64,000 nt of DNA from Octopus sinensis (Eukaryota): NCBI RefSeq assembly GCF_006345805.1, contig NC_042997.1, forward strand, positions 174,034,001 through 174,098,000. The letters are read 5' to 3'. The notes beneath the pieces were generated by a model, which was not told the origin of the DNA, did no database searches, and saw only the letters and a list, made by a program, of their open reading frames with translations. Positions within the stretch are counted from its first letter, which is position 1; each line of letters begins with the position of its first letter. A program made the translations under genes and the position numbers. Below, one piece after another: positions 25,169 to 38,388 of this stretch.

Positions 25169-26761
25169 TATATATAAAGTCTATTTATATATATATATAA
25201 GGTCTGACCATTCCGATACAAAAGCCACGTCTCTTTACCTCCCCCTCCTTCTGAAAAAAAACACATTTTTCCTCTTTCTTTTCCCTTGCTTGGAAAACCC
25301 CACAAAATTATTTATAAAAAGACCAAGAAATCTAACTTCCGATAACGGAAGAATGCGCTAAAAAAATTTAAATAAAATGCAAACAAAAAATATATATAAT
25401 CATTCAGTATTCTGACTACCTTATTATTCTAAATAAACAATATCTGGACATCACTTCAAAAACTCTTTATATATACATACACACATACATAGATACATAC
25501 ATACATACATACATACATACATACATACATTCATACATACATACATACATACATACATACATACATACATCATGCATGCATGCATGCATACATACATACA
25601 TACATACATACATACATACATACATACATACATGCATGCATGCATGTAACGAGCAATATATACATGCATGCATGCATGCATGTATGTATGTATGTATGTA
25701 TGTATGTATGTATGTATGTATGTATGTATGTATGTATGTATGCATGTATGTATGTATGTATAAGAGTGGTTAAATTGTACTTTATAAGATATGTAGAAAT
25801 CAGTACCGAATAACTGGAAGGTAAGAATGTGTTGTTTCAATACCTAACAGTGGCCAATGTTTTCATTCCGGACAGGAATCTTCGGTCCCACCGGTAGCTT
25901 TCAACTGCTTCTATCCAAAAGGGTTTATCAATCCAATATATACTTTTATAGAGCACTTTGTGGAGGTTTTGAAGTGGGACTCAACTCAGAACTATGTGGT
26001 TGATAAGCATGCTTCTTACCACACATCCAGGTGAACAAAATTTCAAAAGAAGAAATCTTTAGTATATTTCACTCTATTTGATCTTACACATTATTTGATT
26101 GTCATGTTCTACCGCATGGTCTGCGATATCATTTCTGCTCCGTCATTTTGTCAGTGAGTCAATCGTATTGAATCCGCATTCAAACAAATACGTGCTAGGA
26201 AATGCAGTAAGAAGTCTTCGAGCTTTTTCTCAATGTTGGCCATCTATTTAGTTGATTACTCTTGATTCAAAATATGTTTTGAAGCTGATTGAATTGGCCA
26301 CATGTAGGTGTATCACTTCGAAAATTACTCAAACTCTCTTCGGATTTTGCTTCGACGTCGGTCGACAGCACTTAACCTGGGTGGAAAATGAAATGCAGGT
26401 CACTGAATATATACAGATAATAAGATTTTCTATAATTTCTTTTTTTTTTTTTTTTTTTTTTGTACCTGCTTCTGATGTTTCACATAAAGATTATTTCGCT
26501 GTTTTCCAGAACATCGGTGATCGTTTTCTGGTTTATAAGTTCTAAAAATTCCCGTCATGCTAAATTTTGCCATCAGAATTAAAGATTTTTGAAGAAAGAA
26601 ACGACGGCTTTTTCGCGTAACAACCAAATAACAATTACACTTTTTGCCTTGAAATGTCTTGTTTAGCATGTTAAATGTCTAAAATCTTTCTACTACATTA
26701 AATGTCTGTCTAGGCAACAGCGAGTCTTTCTTTTGGTTATTTATTAAATTTTAAAGCAAAT

Positions 26762-27207
26762 AGACGCAGAAGTGGCTGTGTGGTAAAAAGCTTGCTTTCC
26801 AACCATGTGGCTCCGTGTTCAGTTCCACTGCGTGGCACTTTGGGCAATTGTCTTCTGCTACAGGCTCGGGTAGACTAAAGACTTGTGAGAGGATTTGCTA
26901 GACGGAAACTGAAAGAAGCCCGTCGTATATATATATACATATATATAATATATAATATGTGTGTGTGTGGTGTGTGTGTGTGTGTCTATGTGTGCCTACG
27001 TTTGTCCTCCCATCACCACTTGACAACCGGTGTTGGTGTGTTTACGTCCCCTGAACCCGTAACTTAGTGGTTCAGCAAAGGAGATCGATAGAATAAGTAC
27101 CATGCTTTAGAAATGATACTGAGGTCGATTCATTCGACTGAAAATTCAAGGCGGTGACTCAGCATGGCCGCAGTCAAACGATTGAAACAAGTAAAAGATA
27201 AGAGATA
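26762..27207 (+). mobile_element. SINE family A
   Basis: Family A layout. Confidence 0.85.
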
Positions 27208-27267
27208 CTGTTCCAGTATGTAAATAAATCATTGAAGAGAGTTTTCAACAGAAAACTATCTTACCTT

Positions 27268-27498
27268 AGGCGAGCTGGCAGAAACATTAACACGCCGGGC
27301 TGATTGCTTAGCGGTTTTTCGTCTGTCTTTACGTTCTGAGTTCAAATACCGCCTATGTCGACTTTGCCTTTCAATCTTTCAGGGTCGATAAATTAAGTAC
27401 TAGTTACGCACTGGGGTCGATATAATCGACTTAATTCCTTTATCTGTCCTTGTTTGTACCCTCTATGTTTAGCCCCTTGTAGGCAATAAAGAATAAGG
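27268..27498 (+). mobile_element. SINE family B with 15-bp TSD
   Basis: TSD AAACTATCTTACCTT at 27253-27267 and 27499-27513. Confidence 0.9.
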
Positions 27499-29029
27499 AA
27501 ACTATCTTACCTTTTCATGCAGCAGAAACCTTGAAAGCCCTCCTAATTTTCATTACAGCCACAAGTGTTGATGATGAATCCTATGAACCGATGACGTATA
27601 TCCATTGCACAATATATTCTCCATTGGAATATTACTCGTATTTTGAACTTCAACAAAAGTCATCCCTTAACTCTTTGTTTTAACTTTGATGGCAACCAGC
27701 ATCATTACCTTCAGTTCATTTCCGTTTCGGAATCTCACATGATCCATGAAATGAACGTTTATATTTTTGTAATGTAGTTTCATCTTATTTAAACCATTTC
27801 TTGTATTGAATTGAACTGAACTGGCCCTTTTGTCTTCAATGTCCTGTGCTATCTTATCGATTCTCCTGATAACAATGCCGTCACTTAAAGGAATTAATTG
27901 AATTGTTTCTGTGTCTCTCAAGATTATAACATCACATATTATTATGAATAATGACGACAGGATAAGCGACTCGCTTTGCTTTGAGCTTCTCTAACTTTTC
28001 TTTTCATACAAGAAGTCTTTCTAATTTTCTCATATTGTTGTTAAGGATTGTTTCAGTATTGATATACTTTAGAAATATTTCAAATGATTTTCAAGAAATC
28101 TTTCTTCTCTGAAAGCGAGTTATGTAAAAGTTTGTACGATTGTTTTCATTTTGCTTCGTCTCATGCTTTCATTAGAAATCGTTGATCCATATAAACCATA
28201 TTGACAGAGCTAGTATTTATGGAAACGCAATGAAACCATACGATAAGTACTACTCTGAATACTGTCGAAATTTTTCGTCAAGGTAATCATACTTTAAAGG
28301 TCTCTAAGATTCAGAGGGAAAAATCAAAGGTTCGTTCTTTAACAAAAGCAAGACGACGTTTGAAAAAGCAGAAGTTTGATATATAATTTAAGAATTTATT
28401 TTAAATTTTAGAAGCAGCCAAAACATCTCGGAAATAGGCATAGGAGGAAAATTACAAACTACATGATTATGGTGAAAGGAAAGAAACGGGGGGAAATTCA
28501 ACGTTTCAGAAAATGCCTTTGGTTAAGAAAAAAAGAATAAAGGAAAGGCAAAGAGAAGAAAATAGTTTCATAAAAATTTATTATTCCAAAGCATGGGAAC
28601 CGGCGAGAGTATAATTTCAATGTAGGGTATAAACTTGATGGTAGAAGATATTTTAAAGTAACGGTGTAATTTGGCTGTCTTTTCTAGCAGGTAAGCGACC
28701 ACATAGAGGCTCCATTCTAACGTTTGTTGCTTCATAACTATTACTACTACTACTACTATTACTGTTGCTGTTGATATTACGTGACATTAAACTGTGTTAC
28801 GTAGCATCGTATGTGTGTATGTGTGTGTGTGTCTGTGCGTGTGTGTGTGTGTGTGTGTCTGCGTGTGTGCGTGTGCGCGCGAGCATGTGTCTGGAATTGT
28901 CTCCTCTTACATACGGTAATCAATACTTGCAATCAATAGTGTGTCAACAATAACTGTCTCGAATTTCTTCCCTTCGTGTTATACTTTTCATGAAATTTCA
29001 CAGTTTTAAATATCATCAAAACAAAACTT

Positions 29030-30260
<1,231 letters not shown>

Positions 30261-30769
30261 AGAAGGAGAGAGATAACCAGTCAGATAAAGACAAATAGAG
30301 AGAGAGAGAGGGAGAGAGGGGATAAAAAGGGGAGAAGAAACAGAGAAAGAAAGAAAGTAGGAAGGAAGAAAGAAAGAAAGAAAGAGAAAGAAAGAAAGAA
30401 TGAAAGAATGAAAGTGTGAGGGAAATCGAGAGAGTGACATTGAGGCAGGCAGATAGAGTAGGCGGGGAGCAATCCAAATTACAAAGTCTCTGAGTAACCA
30501 AGAAACAGAAAACCCATTTCTTCTAAGAGATTGATCATTCCCGAACAGAAGAAAAATCTTTATGAGAAATCCCTGTTTTTCTGTTTCGTAACGATAACAG
30601 TACAGTGCTTTCAGCTCCTCTGCAATCTCCTACGTTAAATACATTCAAATATATAAATAATGATATCTCTATGTTATACATATTTCGGGTTTTCTGATTT
30701 AGGCTGTGTTCTACATATCAGTAAAGAATGAGATAGTGGAGAGGTGTTTTGCACCCATTTGGAACTAAA

Positions 30770-32520
30770 TTACCTACGTAGGACGTGGGATAAGGAGCGT
30801 CACAGTGGAAACGCAGTTCGAAAATGCTAATATAGCAAAAGAGGTGTCGATGAGAACGTTGAAAAATGAAGAAATCATATTACTATCCACGTATCTTGGG
30901 AGAAGAACCGCAGAGATAACAGTGGAAGAAATACCAGCAGGATACGATGTAATGTGGATAGCGACAGCCGTAATTTACGATAGAGATGGCGATACTGCAA
31001 ATGAAGAAGAGGGAGGCAGTGAATTGAAGGTTACAGACCTTCGAGATGTTTGTAGAGGCTTCAAACGAAGTGTTGGAGACGCTGCCAGATAGAGGTTTTT
31101 TTTATTGGGGAGGGGCTGAGCGTCAGAGTCCCGGTCGAGGGACGTAGGCCTCGGTGCTTCAAGTGCTGAGAAAAGCGCTACGTCCGCTCAGAACGCGAGA
31201 AAAGGAAACAAAAAGAGTGAAGGCCCTCCTCAAAAAGGGAGAGAAAAAAGCAGAGAAAGTAGAAGAAAAGGAAGAAAAAGAGAAGCAAAATACCCAAGAG
31301 AAAAAAGTACAACTCTTGTAGCAGAAGAAGACATGGATTTTACTATGGTCGTATCACACAAAAGAGAAAAGGCCCAAGCCCCAGACTCCCCTCCCCAAAC
31401 AAATAAAACAAACAAAAACACTACAGAGACGTGAAAAAATCCCCACTCCACTCCCAATTTAAAAGCCTTTGTTCCCCCACCAAAAAAAAAAAACAAAAAA
31501 AAATATTTAGGTTCAACGAAAAAATCGCTGTGTTAGCAAGAGCAATTCGAGCGTATCATAAGGCTCGTGTATATAAAGCAATAAAAGACCTGCCACGTAA
31601 CACCATTGTGGCTAGAATGGATGCGGAGTTGTTCCAAGGGTTCGGGAGAGATACCCCAATGACATTCATGATGTAAGCCAGGAGATAGCGGGCAAAATTT
31701 TACTTTTAGCTGAGCGGCTACACCGCAGAAAGAAAAGGATGGGGAGTTGGCGAATTCGTGCAGCCCCTCCTCAAACTTAAAATGTAAGTAAACTTTTACC
31801 ATGGAGATTAAGTTAGGGTGTATAAATGCGCGTGGCCTGGGGGTCGAAATGGAAACAAACTTGTCTCCTGAACGACCTTAGGTCACTGGATGTCCACTAA
31901 ATTGTCCAGGCATGGAATATCAGTGCCACCGGCATGCCCAAGGTGCGCGCAGGATGATGAAGCCGTCTCGCAAGCTCTTGTACAGAGCCCGGAGTTTTCG
32001 GGCTTGATAATTTACGTAGAGCACGTGTTGTCGCATCTAACAAGAGTACAGCTATCAGCTGAGTATGTGAAAAAGATTGTACCGCCAACGGGACTACCAA
32101 AGGAAGGTGAGGCATGCTTTTTGTGTTGAATGAGTGTATGTGGAGAACTAGAATGCAAGGACTCGTGACAGGATCTTTCATCTCCGGCCCTGGCCTGCTG
32201 TATTCAGATATCATCTGAAGAGCAAGTTAGGGCTGGAGAGGAGACACCTGCCGTGAAGTATATTCGAGAAAAGATGGAAGGATGTAACAAGGAAGTTGAG
32301 CGTGATTGAACCTACTTAATCTCATTCTTGGTAAAAGCAAGGTGTAGTCGCTGGACTTCACGGTCATGGTTTATCTGTAAAAGGTACAAAAATGTTTAAA
32401 TATTATATTCAATATCCGATTTTTAAAAAAACACTTTAATATGAACTCATAATCGCTCTATTTGTTTGTAATGTCCTGTACTGTCCTTTTCTGTATACAA
32501 TATTAATGATCATAATAAAG
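30770..32520 (+). mobile_element. Internally deleted L1/Tx1-clade LINE
   Basis: ORF1-like YLGRRTAEITVEEIP; degenerate knuckle PRCFKC*EKRYVRSE (31149-31195); APE start MEIKLGCINARGL...KWKQTCLLNDLRSL at 31801, joined almost directly to C-terminal CPRCAQDDEAVSQALVQ; AATAAA near 32515. Confidence 0.75.
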
Positions 32521-32867
32521 AATCATCTCTTAGATACATCTCATTGACAAGAGTCAAAAGACTCAAAACGTCGATGCCTGAGATTCCTAACGGATGGCGA
32601 CACTGACGTACTGGTGTTTTCACACCTTTTTACCATAAGGGAAATTTTTCTCCTCGGTAACTGCAGTGTATTTGCCTTTAGCAGTTGAAATATATGACAA
32701 ACATATTTCAACTAACCTATATATATATATATATATATATATAAGTATATGTATGTATGGATTTATATATATATATGTATGGATTTATATATATATATAT
32801 ATGTATGTATACACACACACACACACATATATATATACATACATACATACATACATACACACACACA

Positions 32868-32902
<35 letters not shown>

Positions 32903-33590
32903 AAAGTCGAATACACATACACGAGATGCGTGTTGTTAGTCTGACGAGCGGCTACGTTTTTCATGCGTAACAGAATATAATTTCAATGCCCTTGGTGTAT
33001 AAACAGCCAAAAGCAGGTCATATACATGACAAGCTTCTTTCAGTTTCCATCTTCCAAATCCTCTTACAAGGCTTTGGTTGCCCAACCTACCGTACAATGG
33101 AACTGAACTCAAGATCTCATAGTTGGGAAGCAGGTTTCTTACTACACAATCTCACGAACACTTATATATACACATTTAAAATTGAATTAGCCACAAGCAG
33201 GGTTATTGGTTTATTACCTAAACTACAAGACATATTTCTTTAAATTTATTTTCAGTGGTGCTGGTGAAGGAAGTTTCAATGTGATACCTCAACTTGCGAG
33301 TAACATCGGCCAAATATCTCTCAGATTTCTTGAGACCGTCTTTTTTTTTATGAAAGACTTATATAGTCTTATATGAACTGTATACGTAAAAGTATGTAGG
33401 ATAGTCTTAACTGGAACACTTTTGATCACAGTTCTCTTTTCTCTTTATTATAGGCACAAGGCCTGAATACAGAGGGGACATACAACTGACATGCGAGACA
33501 TAAAGACGAATGGAAACTGATAATGAAATGAACATAATTATGATGCAAATGAGACGGCCATCTCGCCCCCACTACGAGACTAACTGTGAA

Positions 33591-33718
33591 AACCTTTACA
33601 ATTAAACTTTAAAATTAACTTTACAATTAAACTTTACAATTAAACTTTACAAATACACTTTACAATTAACTTTACAATTAAACTTTACAATTAACTTTAC
33701 AAATACACTTTACAATTA
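33591..33718. repeat. 12-13 bp minisatellite (TTAAACTTTACAA) x ~10
   Basis: Read directly; variant units include ATACACTTTACAA. Confidence 0.9.
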
Positions 33719-35429
33719 GACTTAACCACCTCTAGTTTCGCTACAATGCGAAACCGTGACCTTTCCTTTCGTTTCCTTGCCTTTAAAATGAACGTTCATA
33801 TGTGTCCTTTTTTTCAATAAAAATGTAACTTTTTTTAAAAACATTTAAAATACTTGTTTGTTCATCAATTCATTTTACATTATTTCTTCTTTTTGTTTAC
33901 AATAATTTACAATGTTCATGTGATTTGTTTCAGTTATAGTTTTTTTCCACAATTTTATATACTTACCGTTCTTCAACCTATCTCATCATGTTTTACTTCG
34001 TGTTTTTGTTTTCCTCGTAGTTTCTTCCTTTTTGATCATAGTTCTGTCCGAAGAGAGTCGGCCTCGGAATAAACTACTATAATAGCTATAACCCACAATA
34101 CACTACTTCTAACTTATCAGCCATCCGACAGGTGTATTCCCTTCTGTCTAGGAGTCGACTTGACAAGACTCCTCAATTCATTCTCTGTTGTGCTGAAGGA
34201 ATACAATCAGTACGGCTCTTGTTTCGAGATCATTCTTTGATGTCTTCAGTCTACAAACGTCTTCCCCTCCACCCTTGTTAACCTGCAAAATCTAATTTTC
34301 AGTCAATTATGATTTTCTTTGTTCTTCTAAGCAATACCGACTATCCATATGTTTGATATTTCTTTTAGCTCCTTCAGACGTATCAATTGTCCATTATACT
34401 TCTTTCTCGTGTCCTTGGCATCTGTTTAGCTCCAACACACCAACTACATTTCCTTTTACTTTAATTTTCATCGTTTAAATTATTTATACAATCATTAGAT
34501 TGCCACTGCGTTCTAACAAGGACGTTAAAAAGCTTTTGCTTTCTTTTTATTTATATCAACTCGAGTACGTTTGTAATCATTTTAAATAAATTCATAATGG
34601 TTAAATTGCGTGAAGTCGATTTTTGCGTAACGAGATATAACCCAACCGGAACTGAATACGCTAAATTATTTTTATAGTAACTCCACGCCGACATACACGA
34701 AACGTACGTACACTCAGAGACACAAACATACAAGCGTACAAACATGCATATATATGAAACGAGGTATCTTGGTTTTGAATAGAAGAGACTAAAGCAGGAT
34801 CAGTTAATTATGATTCCGCTCTCAGATTCACACACTTATTGTAGCGGTTTTTCATGGCCCTGTAAAAGAACTCGGAAGGTTGGCTTCCAGCCAGGCCTTT
34901 CGCAATACCCTTAAAAGCAGGAACCTTTCAGCACCTCCTGTATATATATAAAAATACAATAAGATCACAAGAACAAAGTGTAAGGATAAAAATTGTTTTA
35001 GTTTGACGTGGATGCTAAGAAAAATAATTTTTGAGGTTTCAGACGTGTTCGACCATCAGTGGAGGAAAAATGGAAGGAAAAAAGACGAAAAAATGCAAAG
35101 GAGTTGTTTTGTGGATTTTAATGGAGGATTATAATTTGGTTACTATATCTAGCAAGACATACTGTCGCAATTTCACTCCTTTTCCTAGAAAGCTCCTTGT
35201 TTTGGCAAAGTAGATACTTTCACGTTCATGTAGTACTGCATATGAAGCTGCGCTGGGATATCTTACTTTAAGAAATAGGGTATTACAAATAGTAAAATCA
35301 AGCAATTATTTGCATGGAAGATTTATGAAGTGAAGAAAAAGAAACAAAAATATTATCTACAGCCTTGACTGCTTGGTTAAAATGCCGAAAAGAGTAGTGT
35401 GTGTGTGAAGATATACTTGTTTTCTGCTT

Positions 35430-35632
35430 TTTAGCCATGTGTTGTGTATTTAAGCAAAGCGCTTCACTTCACGTTCTTCCAGTCCCGACTTTCAATCAGT
35501 AGTGGAATGTTGCCCTGGTCGCCTAGCCAACAGAGAAACGTCATTCGAAGGCTAAAACAATGCAAAGCGCATTGTGACCAGCGATGTGTAACAACATCTG
35601 ATGGCCTGGTTGATCAGGTGATCATGTGATAT
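35430..35632 (+). mobile_element. Diverged SINE: D-type core with tail T4
   Basis: Core GTTGTGTATTTAAGCAAAGCGCTTCACTTCACG; tail CGAAGGCTAAAACAATGC...GCGCATTGTGACCAGCGATGTG matches the end of 54858-55167. Confidence 0.6.
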
Positions 35633-36839
35633 ATATGTATACGTTATATACGTGTGTATGTGTGTACTTGGAAGCATATTGACAGGTGGTACAGAAAGAT
35701 ATGCATAATAATTTGAGTTCTAATACAAGCAGTGTTACCCGTAAATATTTATACTGAATTACAAACATATGTTTCATAAGCCAATATTTAGTTTCCCTGT
35801 GAAATAGGTACCGTGTTTCAACCAGAGATTTTTTTCACCGTGGGATATGAATCGAACCAAACAGTTTAGTTGTTTTTTTTTTCTGAAAGATTACTTAATA
35901 CTGCTTTCCAAGTTTCTGAAAGTAAACAGTGTAAATGAAAGTATTTGAAATTCTAATTGAGAAATTTTTATATCGAAGTGAGGCTTCACAACTTGGGATT
36001 GAGATTAGTAATTTCAAAATGAGACTTTAGCTCTTAAAATGAAAGTAGAGATTCCAAAGTGAAAATAGAGATTTGAACTCAAAAATACTCAATAGAAAAT
36101 ACAAAAGCAAAACGTCACAATATCATTTGTAATGTCAACTAATTTACTTGGTTAATTATAAGAGTTTATCCACCAAACAACGAAGAATAAAATCTCATTA
36201 CATCACTGTAATATCTTCCAGTTATTTTTAATGATAAATACAGCTATGGCACCTAATACTGAATTTCTGAGAATACTGTATTGTTTTAATGTGTGTGTGT
36301 GTGTTTGTCTGTAGCATTTATAACAGCTGCTGTATAATTCACCACTACAGTGCAAAGCCTAGTGGGGAAAGTTTTATTTTCACTGCACATTTTATACGCA
36401 ATAAAAATAAAACTTTTATTGCATATTTTATACACGGGAATCATTCTTCTACGAGATTACGCTGAGGCGAATACTCCAGCAGACGTTTCAAACAACAATA
36501 AAAATATCTTGAATGCAATCTTCGATCTTACGGCGAATGGGTGCATTAGTGAACATGTCAGTACAAAAAAACTACTTCATGAGAGTACAAGCACTTTAAG
36601 TCACTATAAGTTTTGTTCAAGTGAAACTCACTTTGAAATCATTAATCCCACTTTGAAGCGACATATGTTCACATTGAAATGGCTTTCTTTTGAAGTCACA
36701 TGTGCTCACTTAGAATTACAAAAACTGTACTTTCATCATGGAGTCTACATTCACAGCGAAATTAATTATAACTGTACTAAATATATAGATATAACATACT
36801 ATGTGTACTAATACATATGTGAGGAACTATGGAGTAAAT

Positions 36840-37113
<274 letters not shown>

Positions 37114-37131
37114 TGCATTAACACACAACTC

Positions 37132-38388
37132 TTGGGTTTGCAAGAAAGTAATTTCGTTGTTTTTTAGTGTGAAATAAAAGTTATTATTTTTTTCATGCAA
37201 AGTGTGAACTGTAATCAATTATGTATTTTCCATTTTGTTCGATGACTTTTGCCATCTTTTTGGCAACTTCATGATTCCGCGCTCATAGAACTTCTGGTCC
37301 TTAGCCAAAAACTGAAGCATGTGCGATTTCAGGTCATCATCATTATTGAAAGTTTTACCATTTAAAGAATTTTGCAAACTTCGAAATAAATGGTAATCTG
37401 GTAGTGCAAGGTCAGTGTTATATGTCGGATGTGACATCGCTTCCCAACGAAGCTCCAATAATTTTTCACGAGTTAGCAAAGATGTGTGTGGTCTAGCGTT
37501 GTCATGGTGAAACACGATTGCTTTACGATTTGCCAATTCTGGCCGTTTTTCTTTGATTGCTTCCTCCAGTTTCACTAGTTGTTGACGGTAAACATCTGAA
37601 TTGATCGTTTGGTTCCTTGGAAGCAGCTCAAAATATATAACACCTTTGTAATCCCAATTTACAGCATGACCTTGTTTTGATGCAATTCAGCTTTCGAGGC
37701 GATTTGTACTGGTTCAGTACACTTGGACCATGATCGTTTTCGATGGCTGTTATTGTAGACAATCCATTTTTCATCACCAGTGATAATTTGTTTCAAAAAA
37801 GGTAGGCCGATTTCATTGCGTTCGAGATGCATATTGATTCGTTGCGCTAAGTGAATCTCTTTCAAATTATGTGGAATCCAAATATCGAGCTTAGCAAGTC
37901 TAAGACCTTTTAGTGATTTCCAATTGTTGTATGTGATACATTTAACCTATCTGCAAACTCTCGAACAGTTATATGACAATCAGATTCAATTATGGCTTTG
38001 ATTCGGTCGACCAGAATGTTGGTCATCTTTTAGTGAAAAATCTCCAGAACGGAATTTTTTTAACCATTTCTGACATGTGTGTTCTGTTAAGCACTCAACA
38101 CCATAGACTTCACATATCTTTTTGTGAGCCTCAGCAGCTTTCTTTGCCTACGGAAATAAAAAAGCGAAATGTGGCGAAAACGTTCGTTTTTGCTCTCCAT
38201 GTTAAAATCGACACTGAACTAACAGCTGTGAACAAAATTACGTGCAATTTGCTTCTAAACTAATCTAAAAGTAGCGGCTATCAAACGTCAAAAGAAAAAA
38301 AAATCATAACATTGACAGAAGTCATTAAAAAAAAATCGTAACTCTATCTATTTGCGAGAAACGAAATTACTTTCTTGCCAACCGAATA
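37132..38388 (-). mobile_element. Near full-length mariner (mellifera-subfamily-like) with both TIRs; transposase pseudogene
   Basis: TIRs TTGGGTTTGCAAGAAAGTAATTTCGTT (37132-) and reverse complement TTCGGTTGGCAAGAAAGTAATTTCGTT (-38388). ATG at 38200 MESKNERFRH; FLKQIITGDEKWIVYNN; FHHDNARPHTS; DLALPDYHLFRSLQNSLNGK; frameshifts and stops present. Confidence 0.95.

Larger units (their letters stand above)
26110..28215 (-). mobile_element. Decayed hAT (Buster/Charlie-type, ZBED5/ZBED8-like) transposase, interrupted by two SINEs
   Basis: In order on - strand: ISNESMRRSKMK (~28143-28180), ETIQLIPLSDGIVIRRIDKIAQDIEDK (~27835-27915), MLNKTFQGKKCN (~26630-26670), LLTAFPSTYLFECGF (26171-26220). Confidence 0.8.

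Noticed and set aside
34200-34460. Possible RLE-LINE remnant on - strand (KYNGQLIR...W)
   Set aside because: The similarity is too weak to support by eye.
36350-36811. 153 aa non-repetitive ORF
   Set aside because: GTG start, no recognisable motif and no splice or codon support. A protein database or RNA-seq search would be needed.
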